From positions 2,168,094-2,232,093 of the forward strand of contig OY970066.1 of the NCBI GenBank assembly GCA_963705285.1: DNA of 64,000 nt. The letters are read 5' to 3'. The stretch is from an uncultured Chitinophagaceae bacterium. Lineage in GTDB: Bacteria > Bacteroidota > Bacteroidia > Chitinophagales > Chitinophagaceae. Below the pieces are notes generated by a model. That model was not told where the DNA came from and did not search any database. It worked only from the letters and a program-made list of their open reading frames with translations. The position numbers and the translations under genes were made by a program. Shown one piece after another: positions 47,597 through 56,853 of this stretch (positions are counted from its first letter, which is position 1; each line of letters starts with the position of its first letter).

Positions 47597-49114
47597 TCAA
47601 TTATCGCTTCCTAATTTTACAGTAATCGGGTAATTGCCTTCATAACCGGGGTACACGCCATCCAGCTTAATGGTACCGTTAGCGTTTTTCTCAATCTCTT
47701 TTCTCAGTTCATCCACGGTTGTTACATCAACGCCGTTAACTTTTATGATCACGTAATTATCTTCAATTCTTGTTTTGCTCAAAGGGCCTTTTTCATTCAT
47801 GCCTTTTATTCTAACGCCACCTTTAATACCATATTCGGTTGCATCTTTTTTGCTTACGGTTTCAAACTCGCCCAGTTTATCAAGCACAGATGTTTTTACC
47901 ACATCAGTATTTCCGCTGCTGTTTTTCAGCAATACTTCGGTTGTAATTTCTTTGCCCTCATGCACGTAAGACACTTTTATTTTGTCGCCCGGGCGATAGA
48001 TAGCAATCTGGCCCACCAGGTCTGCACCTGAGTTGATGGGGTTGCCGTTTATTTTAGTGATGAAGTCGCCATCTTTAATACCGGCTGCAGCTGCGCCGCC
48101 ATCTTTTGTAACACCAGTAACATATACGCCTTCACCGTCTTTAATACCGTTTTGTTTTTTTACATCGTCGCTGAGGTTGCTGGGTGCGTAGTTAATGCCG
48201 AGGTAGGCACGTTGTACGGTTCCAAACTTCATGAGGTCTGATGTAATTTTCTTTACAATGTTTACCGGAATGGTAAATGAGTAACCTGCATATGAACCAG
48301 TAGGCGATGCAATGGCAGAGTTAATACCTACCAGTTTGCCTTCTGTGTTAATAAGTGGTCCACCACTATTGCCGGGGTTAACAGCTGCATCTGTTTGTAT
48401 AAAAGACTCAATGGGGCTTTTGCTCTGGCGACGGTTAATGTCGAGCGTTCTTCCTTTGGCACTCACAATACCGGCAGTAACAGTTGCTTCAAGTGTAAGC
48501 GGATAGCCAACTGCCAGCACCCATTGGCCAACCTGTACATCATCTGAATTGCCATACAAAAGAAAAGGAAGGCCTTTGGCTTCTACTTTAATAATGGCGA
48601 GGTCTGTACTGGGGTCGGTAGCAACTAATTTAGCCTTAAAAGATTTTTGATTGCTCAGGGTTACATTAATATCGTCTGCACCGTCCACCACGTGGTTGTT
48701 GGTAACAATATAACCGTCTTCGCTAATGATAGCGCCCGAACCGGAAGCCATTTGCGGAAGACTGCGCCCGCCACGATCGCCAAAGAGATCATCAAAGCCA
48801 TCCCCAAATAAATCAGAGAACGGATTTTTACGTGGAAGATTATTGGTGGCAACTGCGTTGGTTTTGGTTTTGATATGCACCGTGGCTGGTATGGCCGCAC
48901 TGGCTGCTGCGGTAAAATCTGCCGGTGCATTGTTAACACCGGTTACACCGTCAAACTTTGCATAGTTGGATGGGGCTTTGGTGGTGGTGGTACCCTGTGC
49001 CTGCGATTGGTACACATAGGTATCCTTTTGTGAAATCTTGTTGTACGCCCACATACTGCCCACGGCAGTAGACGAGCTGATCAACATAATGGCTACTACT
49101 TGTTTAAGTTTCAT
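47597..49114 (-). CDS. Do/DegP/HtrA family serine protease with two PDZ domains
   Basis: 505 aa. Signal peptide; trypsin-like core with TNNHVV, DLAIIK, GNSGGPLIN; two C-terminal PDZ-like segments. Confidence 0.9.
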   Translation of the reverse strand: MKLKQVVAIMLISSSTAVGSMWAYNKISQKDTYVYQSQAQGTTTTKAPSNYAKFDGVTGVNNAPADFTAAASAAIPATVHIKTKTNAVATNNLPRKNPFSDLFGDGFDDLFGDRGGRSLPQMASGSGAIISEDGYIVTNNHVVDGADDINVTLSNQKSFKAKLVATDPSTDLAIIKVEAKGLPFLLYGNSDDVQVGQWVLAVGYPLTLEATVTAGIVSAKGRTLDINRRQSKSPIESFIQTDAAVNPGNSGGPLINTEGKLVGINSAIASPTGSYAGYSFTIPVNIVKKITSDLMKFGTVQRAYLGINYAPSNLSDDVKKQNGIKDGEGVYVTGVTKDGGAAAAGIKDGDFITKINGNPINSGADLVGQIAIYRPGDKIKVSYVHEGKEITTEVLLKNSSGNTDVVKTSVLDKLGEFETVSKKDATEYGIKGGVRIKGMNEKGPLSKTRIEDNYVIIKVNGVDVTTVDELRKEIEKNANGTIKLDGVYPGYEGNYPITVKLGSDN

Positions 49115-49377
49115 ATGTATTAAAGTTTAACTGCTGCTATCCTTTCAAATTAAATGCCTGTTCCTGTACAAAATAACGAAGCTGACATCATTACGGTTGT
49201 CCACTTATATTTCTTAACAAATGTTTTACCAAAGGCTTCGTACTTGTCATTTCAAATTTACAAAAAATTGTTGGGAACAGACAGGTCGTCAGACGTGAGC
49301 CGTGAGGCGACAAACGTGAGGCCGCATGTATGACTATCAAACAAGACATCCGGGGTAAGAATATTGCATCTGCTGGC

Positions 49378-49433
49378 TGACGCCTGATGATTGACGCCTG
49401 ACGATTGACGCCTGACGATTGACGCCTGACGTT
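49378..49433. repeat. tandem 14-mer (TGACGCCTGACGAT) x4
   Basis: Read directly. Immediately downstream of the acyl-CoA reductase-like gene. Confidence 0.8.
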
Positions 49434-49446
49434 GGCCGCCTCACGC

Positions 49447-50448
49447 TTACGTATCCAGCAAAAACCGCATGGTATCTACGCCATCTGCAAAGTCTGGCAG
49501 CGCAGGATTTTGTGCCTCTCCAAATGGAATATATTGCCTGCCAACAACGCATTGAATATCGGCATTGTTTTGCAGGCTGTCAGCAACGGCTGCTGCAGAA
49601 CCCGTATAAAACTCATAATGGAGCACGCTGATGGGCGAGAAAACACCAGGGTTTTCAATTAATAATAGGGCGTCATTGGTCATATAGTACTGGTGGTTGA
49701 GCAACACAATGGCCAGCTGGTAATCATAATTGTTTTTGTACTTGTTATTGTCGGCAAAATCAATGTATTTTTTGAAGTGCGCTAATAGTGGCACAAAGTC
49801 ATACCCGGCAGGCACATACAATTTGGTAACGTTGCGGCAGCCAAGGCCGTAATATAGGTTCACATCATCAGCCAGTTTGTCCAGTTCGGCTGCAGATTCT
49901 TCGCCGGTAAGAATGGCCACAGAAGTGCGGTTACGTCTTATGATATGCGGGTACTTGCGAAAGTAATAATCAAAATATCTTGCCGAGTTGTTGCTGCCGG
50001 TAGCAATATACGCATCGCAGCCCTTCAACATGTCCGAAAAAATAGTTTGCGTGCCTGCTGCCGGGTTCCATTGGGCCAGTTTTTTTACAATCTGGGTAAT
50101 CAGTGCGGTGTCTTTAGACGATGGTTTTACAACGGCAAAATGCCCGCTCAGAAAAATACACAGCCAATCGTGAAAACCCACCAGTGGAATATTACCAGCC
50201 ATGACCAGGCCTATTTTTTTGGGCGATGCCTGCGCGGACGGTATAGCATAGGCTTTTACGAAAGATGTTAAAGCATCCGGCGCGAGGAACCGGGCAACAA
50301 TATTTTCCACGGCAAGGTTGATAAAGGCCGGAGAAAACCAACCGTTTTGCGCAAAAGCTTTGGTTTTTGTGGCCAGCCATTCTTCATCGTCAGAACGTAA
50401 ATAAATGCCCAGTTTCACTAATAAATCAATACGTTCTTGTAAATTCAT
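49447..50448 (-). CDS. acyl-CoA reductase (LuxC-like) family protein
   Basis: 333 aa. The overall pattern resembles Bacteroidota LuxC-type acyl-CoA reductases, which usually neighbour a ferredoxin gene. Assignment rests on my recollection of the family, not on a catalytic motif. Confidence 0.5.
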   Translation of the reverse strand: MNLQERIDLLVKLGIYLRSDDEEWLATKTKAFAQNGWFSPAFINLAVENIVARFLAPDALTSFVKAYAIPSAQASPKKIGLVMAGNIPLVGFHDWLCIFLSGHFAVVKPSSKDTALITQIVKKLAQWNPAAGTQTIFSDMLKGCDAYIATGSNNSARYFDYYFRKYPHIIRRNRTSVAILTGEESAAELDKLADDVNLYYGLGCRNVTKLYVPAGYDFVPLLAHFKKYIDFADNNKYKNNYDYQLAIVLLNHQYYMTNDALLLIENPGVFSPISVLHYEFYTGSAAAVADSLQNNADIQCVVGRQYIPFGEAQNPALPDFADGVDTMRFLLDT

Positions 50449-50508
50449 TTTGCCTTATTAAATTTGCGGTAAAGATAATCGTAACTAAACCATTAAATTG
50501 AATCAAAC

Positions 50509-50856
50509 ATGGCTATAAAAATTACTGAAGAATGTATCAATTGCGGCGCCTGCGAGCCAGAATGTCCCAATAACGCTATATATGAAGGTGGTGTAGAGTG
50601 GGCCATTGCAGACGGTACAACGGTGAAAGGCCAGTTTACCCTGCTCGACGGGACTGTAGTAGACGCCAATCAGAAAAATGCACCGATAAGTGTTGATACC
50701 TATTATATAACACCCAATAAATGTACGGAGTGCCAGGGTTTTCATGAAGAGCCGCAATGCGCGGCGGTTTGCCCGGTAGATTGCTGTGTGCCTGATGAAA
50801 TGTATACCGAAACAGTAGATGAACTGATGGCAAAAAAAGAGAAACTGCACATTTAG
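50509..50856 (+). CDS. 4Fe-4S dicluster ferredoxin
   Basis: 115 aa. CINCGACEPECP and CTECQGFHEEPQCAAVCP cysteine clusters. Confidence 0.9.
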   Translation: MAIKITEECINCGACEPECPNNAIYEGGVEWAIADGTTVKGQFTLLDGTVVDANQKNAPISVDTYYITPNKCTECQGFHEEPQCAAVCPVDCCVPDEMYTETVDELMAKKEKLHI

Positions 50857-51108
50857 TTTGTAGTTTATAGTTCTTAGTTCTTTGCCGGATTGGTTTACAG
50901 TTTTTAGGTTTTCAGTTTTTGCCGCAAAAGCAGGGCTTAAAAATTGGACTGATTGAATGAATAATGGGGCCGGATTTGTGCAAAACTTTTGGCCCTGAAA
51001 CGAACGGGACTTTGGAAAATTGGTTTACCTTAACACTATCAACAAGTTTCAACCTGTAGCCCGTAAGCTACACTTCAATAAGCGGGTGATATGTTCCGCT
51101 GGAAATCT

Positions 51109-51145
51109 GGTGAAGGGAATTAATAAGACCCTTCACCTTTTTTTG
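51109..51145 (+). terminator. rho-independent terminator (GGTGAAGGG ... CCCTTCACC + T7)
   Basis: 9-bp perfect stem, 11-nt loop, then tttttttg. Confidence 0.7.
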
Positions 51146-51376
51146 TTTTAGGCGCTAATAGGAAGCAAATAGGAAGCGAATGCGAACGCTAATGAGACGC
51201 TAATGAGACGCGAATAGCGGAGGATGATTTACTACATTACAGATCTGCACGACTCCTGAAAATCATAAAAATCTTCCATTGCCCTGCCTTTTTTCAGAAG
51301 ACTTTTCCTGTTCTTGAATTTTTACTCAATATTTGCGTTACTGTTGGACGAAGCACCCGCAGCAAACCAGCTTACT

Positions 51377-52375
51377 ATGACGCAAAAACCTACCATCGCT
51401 TTTATCACCGGCGGCTATTCAGGCGAGGCAGCCATTTCTTATAAAAGTGCTGTTACTATTGAAAAAAACCTGGATGCATCCTTATTCAATGTCTACAAAA
51501 TAGATATTACCCCGGCAGCCTGGTTTTATACCACCGCCGCCGGACAACAAATACCCGTTAACCGCGAAGATTTCTCACTCACCATTGCCGGCGGTAAAAT
51601 TAAGTTCGATGCGATCTTTATCGGCATTCATGGAACACCCGGCGAAGATGGCAAACTGCAGGGCTATTTTGATATGGTTGGCATCCCTTACACCTCCTGC
51701 GATGCTGCCACTTCTGCGTTAACATTTAACAAGCGATACACGGTGGCCGTTGCTGCGTTTTCTGGTATACATGTTGCAAAGTCTGTGTTGCTGATAAAAG
51801 ATAAATTTCAAAGTCCGGAAGAAGTAACCAGCCAGCTGGGTTTTCCTGTTTTTGTAAAACCCAACAATGGTGGCTCCAGCATTGGTATGTCGCGCGTGAA
51901 CAACGCCTCCGAAGAACTGGGTTCGGCCATTGAAAAAGCGTTTCGTGAAGACAACCAGGTACTGGTAGAAGAATTTATAGAAGGCCGTGAATTTACCATT
52001 GGCGTTTTTCAGTCGAAGGGAGAAATTATTACGTTGCCTTTTACTGAAATTAAAACCAAAAAAGAATTTTTTGATTTTGAGGCAAAATATACAGCCGGTT
52101 TTACAGATGAAATTACACCTGCCGTGGTAGACGAAAGCATTGCAGAAAAAGTACGCGCTGCCGCCAGAAAAATTTACCAGGTATTTAATTGCCGCGGTAT
52201 CGTAAGAATCGATTTTATTTACAACAACAAGAACGAGCAGCCTTATATGCTGGAAATAAATACCATTCCGGGGCAAACCGAAGCCAGCCTGGTGCCACAA
52301 CAGGTAGCGGCTATGGGCTGGAACCTGAAAGAATTTTATACAGCACTGGTAAATGATGCACTTTCCAGGAGTTGA
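51377..52375 (+). CDS. ddl: D-alanine--D-alanine ligase
   Basis: The ATG at 51377 gives MTQKPTIAFITGGYSGEAAIS... ATP-grasp motifs: FPVFVKPNNGGSSIGMS, EINTIPG. Confidence 0.9.
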   Translation: MTQKPTIAFITGGYSGEAAISYKSAVTIEKNLDASLFNVYKIDITPAAWFYTTAAGQQIPVNREDFSLTIAGGKIKFDAIFIGIHGTPGEDGKLQGYFDMVGIPYTSCDAATSALTFNKRYTVAVAAFSGIHVAKSVLLIKDKFQSPEEVTSQLGFPVFVKPNNGGSSIGMSRVNNASEELGSAIEKAFREDNQVLVEEFIEGREFTIGVFQSKGEIITLPFTEIKTKKEFFDFEAKYTAGFTDEITPAVVDESIAEKVRAAARKIYQVFNCRGIVRIDFIYNNKNEQPYMLEINTIPGQTEASLVPQQVAAMGWNLKEFYTALVNDALSRS

Positions 52376-52377
52376 GA

Positions 52378-52625
52378 ATTATGAATATTAATTATGAGTT
52401 ATGAATTATGAGTTAAGAGTGCGTTTGCTTTGCCATCAGCTTAATTATACAGTTGCAACTCGCAATTCATAATTTTTAACTACTAAAGGGGTAATCAAGA
52501 ACTCATAATTCATAACTCATAATTCATAACTCTAAACTCATAACTCTAAACTTATAACTCTAAACTCATAACTCTAAACTCATAACTCTAAACTCATAAC
52601 TCTAAACTCATAATTCATAACTCTT
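52378..52625. repeat. inverted arms of CATAACT/CATAATT words, including a 14-mer (CATAACTCTAAACT) x6 tandem array at 52525-52608
   Basis: Left arm ...ttatgagttatgaattatgagtt... (52390-52420) is the reverse complement of aactcataattcataactcataa (52499-52525). The tandem array was read directly. Confidence 0.8.
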
Positions 52626-52646
52626 CATTCTTAACTAAAAAACAAC

Positions 52647-53468
52647 GTGTTTCAATTTATAACAAAACGGCCCCTTTGGGCAAACATTCTTTTCGCAATT
52701 GTACTGGTAACGGTATTGCTTTTTATTTTTCTTCTTTCGCTCAACTGGATAACGCACCACGGCAAAATTTTAAAAATACCACAGGTAGCTGGTAAAAGCC
52801 TGACCGATGCGCGCAAGCAACTGGAAACGCAGGGCTTTGATATCATCATACAGGATTCAGTGTATGTGGATACCCTGCCACCGCTCAATGTGGTAAAACA
52901 ATTTCCGGAAGCGGATGCCGAAGTAAAAATCAACCGCACCGTATACCTTACTATCAACCGCGCTGCACCACCGCTGATACAAATGCCACAACTGGTGGGA
53001 CAAAGTTTTCGCAGTGCCGAAATATTGCTAAAGCAAACCGGCCTGAAGTTGGGCGACACTACTTTTGTAGTAGACTTTGCCAAGAACTCCATCAAAAAAC
53101 AATTATACAAAGGCCAGGAAATTGCATTTGGTACACGCATACCCATGGGCGCCACTATTGATTTGGTGATCAGCAATGGCATTTCAGATGAGAATATTTC
53201 GGTGCCCGACCTGGTGGGCATGACCTATGCCGATGCCAAAGTGCTGATGGAAGGCAACAACCTTGAATTTGGTTCGAGGGTGTTTGACCCAAGCGTAAAA
53301 GATTCTGTCAGCGCTTATATATACCGGCAAAGTCCACCGCGGCTAACAGAAGACCGTCGCGTTAACCGTATACACCAGGGACAGTTGATAGATATCTGGC
53401 TGAGCGCACAAAAACCAACGGTGGATTCCACCGCCAAACCCCAGGAACCAGCACCCAATAATTATTAA
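52647..53468 (+). CDS. PASTA domain-containing membrane protein
   Basis: 273 aa, GTG start, one N-terminal TM helix. Three PASTA-like repeats: IPQVAGKSLTDARKQLETQGF, MPQLVGQSFRSAEILLKQTGL, VPDLVGMTYADAKVLMEGNNL. Confidence 0.8.
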   Translation: MFQFITKRPLWANILFAIVLVTVLLFIFLLSLNWITHHGKILKIPQVAGKSLTDARKQLETQGFDIIIQDSVYVDTLPPLNVVKQFPEADAEVKINRTVYLTINRAAPPLIQMPQLVGQSFRSAEILLKQTGLKLGDTTFVVDFAKNSIKKQLYKGQEIAFGTRIPMGATIDLVISNGISDENISVPDLVGMTYADAKVLMEGNNLEFGSRVFDPSVKDSVSAYIYRQSPPRLTEDRRVNRIHQGQLIDIWLSAQKPTVDSTAKPQEPAPNNY

Positions 53469-53499
53469 TAATAATTGTACACTTACAAAATTGAACAGC

Positions 53500-53814
53500 A
53501 TGACAACCATGACCGTTGAACAATTGAAAGCAAGAATAGACGCAGGTGAGCAACTGAATATTATAGATGTACGCGAGCCCAACGAATACCAGGAATTTAA
53601 TATTGGTGCTAAACTGGTACCACTGGGAAAGATAACTTCTATGCAGGCAGATGAACTGGATGACCTGAAGGACGAAGAAGTGATATTGCATTGCCGTAGC
53701 GGCAAGCGCAGTGCTACCGCCGGCCTGTTTCTTGAATCGATGGGTTTTAAAAATACCGTTAATGTAGAAGGCGGCATGCTGGCATGGCAGGAGAAATTTG
53801 GGAGCCGAGGTTAG
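53500..53814 (+). CDS. rhodanese-like domain protein
   Basis: The track ORF begins with TTG at 53491; the ATG is at 53500. Active-site loop HCRSGKRS. Confidence 0.8.
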   Translation: MTTMTVEQLKARIDAGEQLNIIDVREPNEYQEFNIGAKLVPLGKITSMQADELDDLKDEEVILHCRSGKRSATAGLFLESMGFKNTVNVEGGMLAWQEKFGSRG

Positions 53815-53866
53815 CTGTTAGCTGTTAGCTGTGAGGCGTGAGGCGTGAGGCGTGAGGCGTGAGGCG
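53811..53866. repeat. (TTAGCTG)x3 followed by (TGAGGCG)x5 heptamer arrays
   Basis: Read directly. The first unit contains the rhodanese stop codon. An inverted (GCTAACA)x4 partner lies at 54036-54063. Confidence 0.85.
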
Positions 53867-54035
53867 TGAGGCGTGAATGCTAATTTGCGCTGTGCAAGGT
53901 AAAGTACAAATGTCTGAAAGCCTGACTGAAGGCAACGCGGTAATCTAATAACCAAGAGGGTAGACTTATAAAAAAATAAATAGAAATGGAACACAAATCT
54001 GTGTTCCATTTCTATTCGTTCGCGAAAAATGAAGT

Positions 54036-54063
54036 GCTAACAGCTAACAGCTAATAGCTAACA
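54036..54063. repeat. (GCTAACA)x4 heptamer array, reverse complement of the TTAGCTG family
   Basis: Read directly. Just downstream of the TonB receptor stop. Confidence 0.8.
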
Positions 54064-54069
54064 GCTCTC

Positions 54070-56517
54070 CTAAAACTTTACATTCACCGCCAGCATAAAA
54101 TTTCTGCCGGCCATCGGAAAATAGAAATTCTCTCTCACCAAAGATTTGTCGTAAAAATAGCTGTAGGTATAACCGCTGGCTTCATATTGTTTGTTCCAGA
54201 CATTGATAAGCCGTGCCACCAGCGTAATATTTTTTGTGAAACCTGTATGCACGCCATATTGGAGTGTAAGATCCTGCGTAAAATAACCATTGATGCTTTT
54301 AGCATCGTTGCCCGTATTATCGAGGTATTGTTTGCCGGCATATTTTACACTGGTATTGATTTCTGCATTGGCAAACGGAAACAGCTGTACCATACCCGAT
54401 GCTATAACTGACGGCGAAAATGCCAGGCTGGTTTTTTTATAATAAAAGGTGTCCTGCTGTACCAAATCAAAATTGGCGTTGTAGCGGGGTATGTTATCAT
54501 AAAAGTTATTAATCTTGTTATCGCTCACGGTAAGGTTGCCACTCAGCTGAATATATTTTGCGGGTTTGTAACGACCCTGCAATTCAATACCGGCGCGATA
54601 ACTGCTGGGTACATTCATGCGCAACGCATCGCCCACATCATTTATTTTTCCGGTAAGCACCAATTGGTCTTTGTATTTCATGTAATACAGGTTGATGCCC
54701 CATCCGTAATTGAATTTATTTTCTTCCACGCCCAGTTCAATATCATGCAACTGTTCTCTTTTGGGGGGGGCGGCTGTAGTACCGGTTTCATAATCATCGC
54801 GGTTGGGTTCTTTGTTGGCCATGGCGTATGATGCATACGCCACCAGCGGTCCTGCAGCATACGTAAGCCCCAGTTTTGGATTAAAAAAATGAAACGTGTT
54901 ATTCACTACCAGGTCCGGAAATTTGCGGGTGCCGTTGATATTGTAATCTACGCGGCGGTACTGCAGGTCTACCAGTGCTTCCAGCTGGCGGGTTAATTTA
55001 TACTGGTATTTGCCGTACAGGTTGAAATCTTTTTTAACAGCCTTGTTGTAATACCATTGGTAATTATCTGGTACGCCATTAGCGGCCCAGGTTATATTGC
55101 CGTAATGCTTGCCATCATACTCGTTCCATCCGCCACCCATACTCAGCTGATTGTTGCTGGTTTTATGTACTGCCGAAAAAATAGTACCGTACAGGTTGTT
55201 ATCTAACCAGAGGCGGCGTACCAGGTCTGTTTTTTTTATAGTGCTGTTGCCAATGATAGTAGCAGGCAGGCCATAGCTACTGTAGCTGGCATCGTACTTA
55301 TATTCTTCGTAATAGCCTTTGCCTTTTGATAAATAAACAGCGGTATTGACCGACCAGTTATTGCTGAACTGGTGGTTGAGAAAAAGCTGGTAATGATCCT
55401 GCTGGTAGTTATCAGTTTGATTGGCATAGGTAAACGCATTGTATTTACGCGGATCTGCGGTAAACAGGTTGGCCGAATCTGCAGATGTAAAATACAATGA
55501 ACCCAGGTTGTTATAATAATGGTTAAGCAGGCTGTCCTGGTTGTAAAATAATTTATACTGCGGTATACCGTTCCACGCCTGGTAGGTTTTTTCGGTACCC
55601 GAAATAATATTAAATCGGATGGATGAATGACCATTAATGTAGGCACCACTGGCATACAGGCTTTTTAAATTGCTGCTGGCACGGTCTATAAAACCATCGC
55701 TTTGCACTTTCGACAAGCGGGCATCAAACGTAAAATGATCGTTGATGAGGCCGGTACCCAGCTTCACGGTATTTTTCCAGGTATTGAAAGAACCAAAACT
55801 GTTATTGACTTCGGCATATGCTTTTTCATTGGTTTCGTTTGTGCTGAGGTTGATGCTGGCGCCAAATGCACCGGCACCGTTAGATGAAGTACCTACACCT
55901 CTTTGTATCTGTATGCTGCTGAGCGATGAAGCAATATCGGGCATATCTACAAAAAAAGTACCCTGGCTTTCGGCATCGTTGTACGGTATTCCGTTTACGG
56001 TTACGTTGATGCGCGTGGCATCGGTACCGCGTATGCGCAATCCCGTATAGCCCACACCGTTACCCGCATCTGAGGTAGTTATAACCGAAGGCGTTTGACT
56101 AAGAATAAAAGGAAGGTCCTGCCCCAGGTTGCGTTTTTCGATCTCGCTTTTGCCCAGGTTGGTTTTTGCAAAGGGTGCTTTGTCGCCCGCGCGGATGGCC
56201 TTGATTTCTACCGGCTCCAAAAATAATGACAGCCGTACCAGTGTAAGGTGTACCAGCGGGGCAGGCAATGAAATAGTAGTGTCTAACGACAGAAACCCTA
56301 CGCTGCTCACCCGGAAGCGCACAGGCCCTGTTTGCCGGGTAGTAAATGTAAATGTGCCTTTTTCATCGGCGGCAAACAGGCCGGTTCTTTCAATATCAAT
56401 ACTGGCATTGGCCACAGGATTACCCGCGGCATCTGAAACTAGAAGATTTGTTTTTGACTGGCCCAGGCTTATCTGCTGAACGGTCAAAAAGCAAATTCCC
56501 CAAAACAATTTTTTCAT
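54070..56517 (-). CDS. TonB-dependent outer-membrane receptor (CarboxypepD_reg N-terminal domain), probably thiamine or thiamine-precursor uptake
   Basis: 815 aa. Signal peptide, CarboxypepD_reg-like start, plug (GLRIRGTDATRINVTVNGIPYND), and a beta-barrel ending ...NFMLAVNVKF. Preceded by a TPP riboswitch. Confidence 0.85.
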   Translation of the reverse strand: MKKLFWGICFLTVQQISLGQSKTNLLVSDAAGNPVANASIDIERTGLFAADEKGTFTFTTRQTGPVRFRVSSVGFLSLDTTISLPAPLVHLTLVRLSLFLEPVEIKAIRAGDKAPFAKTNLGKSEIEKRNLGQDLPFILSQTPSVITTSDAGNGVGYTGLRIRGTDATRINVTVNGIPYNDAESQGTFFVDMPDIASSLSSIQIQRGVGTSSNGAGAFGASINLSTNETNEKAYAEVNNSFGSFNTWKNTVKLGTGLINDHFTFDARLSKVQSDGFIDRASSNLKSLYASGAYINGHSSIRFNIISGTEKTYQAWNGIPQYKLFYNQDSLLNHYYNNLGSLYFTSADSANLFTADPRKYNAFTYANQTDNYQQDHYQLFLNHQFSNNWSVNTAVYLSKGKGYYEEYKYDASYSSYGLPATIIGNSTIKKTDLVRRLWLDNNLYGTIFSAVHKTSNNQLSMGGGWNEYDGKHYGNITWAANGVPDNYQWYYNKAVKKDFNLYGKYQYKLTRQLEALVDLQYRRVDYNINGTRKFPDLVVNNTFHFFNPKLGLTYAAGPLVAYASYAMANKEPNRDDYETGTTAAPPKREQLHDIELGVEENKFNYGWGINLYYMKYKDQLVLTGKINDVGDALRMNVPSSYRAGIELQGRYKPAKYIQLSGNLTVSDNKINNFYDNIPRYNANFDLVQQDTFYYKKTSLAFSPSVIASGMVQLFPFANAEINTSVKYAGKQYLDNTGNDAKSINGYFTQDLTLQYGVHTGFTKNITLVARLINVWNKQYEASGYTYSYFYDKSLVRENFYFPMAGRNFMLAVNVKF

Positions 56518-56649
56518 GCATCAACATTTTGTGCAGTGATGGCCGGGCATAGCGGGTTGAATAATAATTAATTAGCTACCCGCATGGTTGGCGAACGACT
56601 GCTGTTATAAAATTGTGTTGAGGGAATGCTGCTAAGCAAAAGAGGAGAG

Positions 56650-56765
56650 AGAACTGAAGATCGGTTCACCTTCCCTGCGCAGGCATTACCCTGATCAGGT
56701 TCTACGGGTATTATCTCAGCCGGCCGCCTGCGCGGAAAGCACCCCGAGGACACTGTACCGCCAAC
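56650..56765 (-). promoter_or_regulatory. TPP (THI-box) riboswitch
   Basis: The minus-strand RNA reads ...CUCGGGGUGCUUUCCGCGCAGGCGGCCGGCUGAGAUAAUACCCGUAGAACCUGAUCAGGGUAAUGCCUGCGCAGGGAAGGUG... It contains the conserved GGGGUGC, CUGAGA, ACCUGAUC-GG-UAAUGCC-GCG-AGGGAA elements, about 135 nt upstream of the receptor ATG. Confidence 0.85.
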
Positions 56766-56853
56766 TTCGGCGGTATGCTGCAAAGGTATGCCAGAAAACC
56801 AATAATTGTTGTAACATTTTACAACATGCTTCGTCTTACTTAAAATATTGTTT

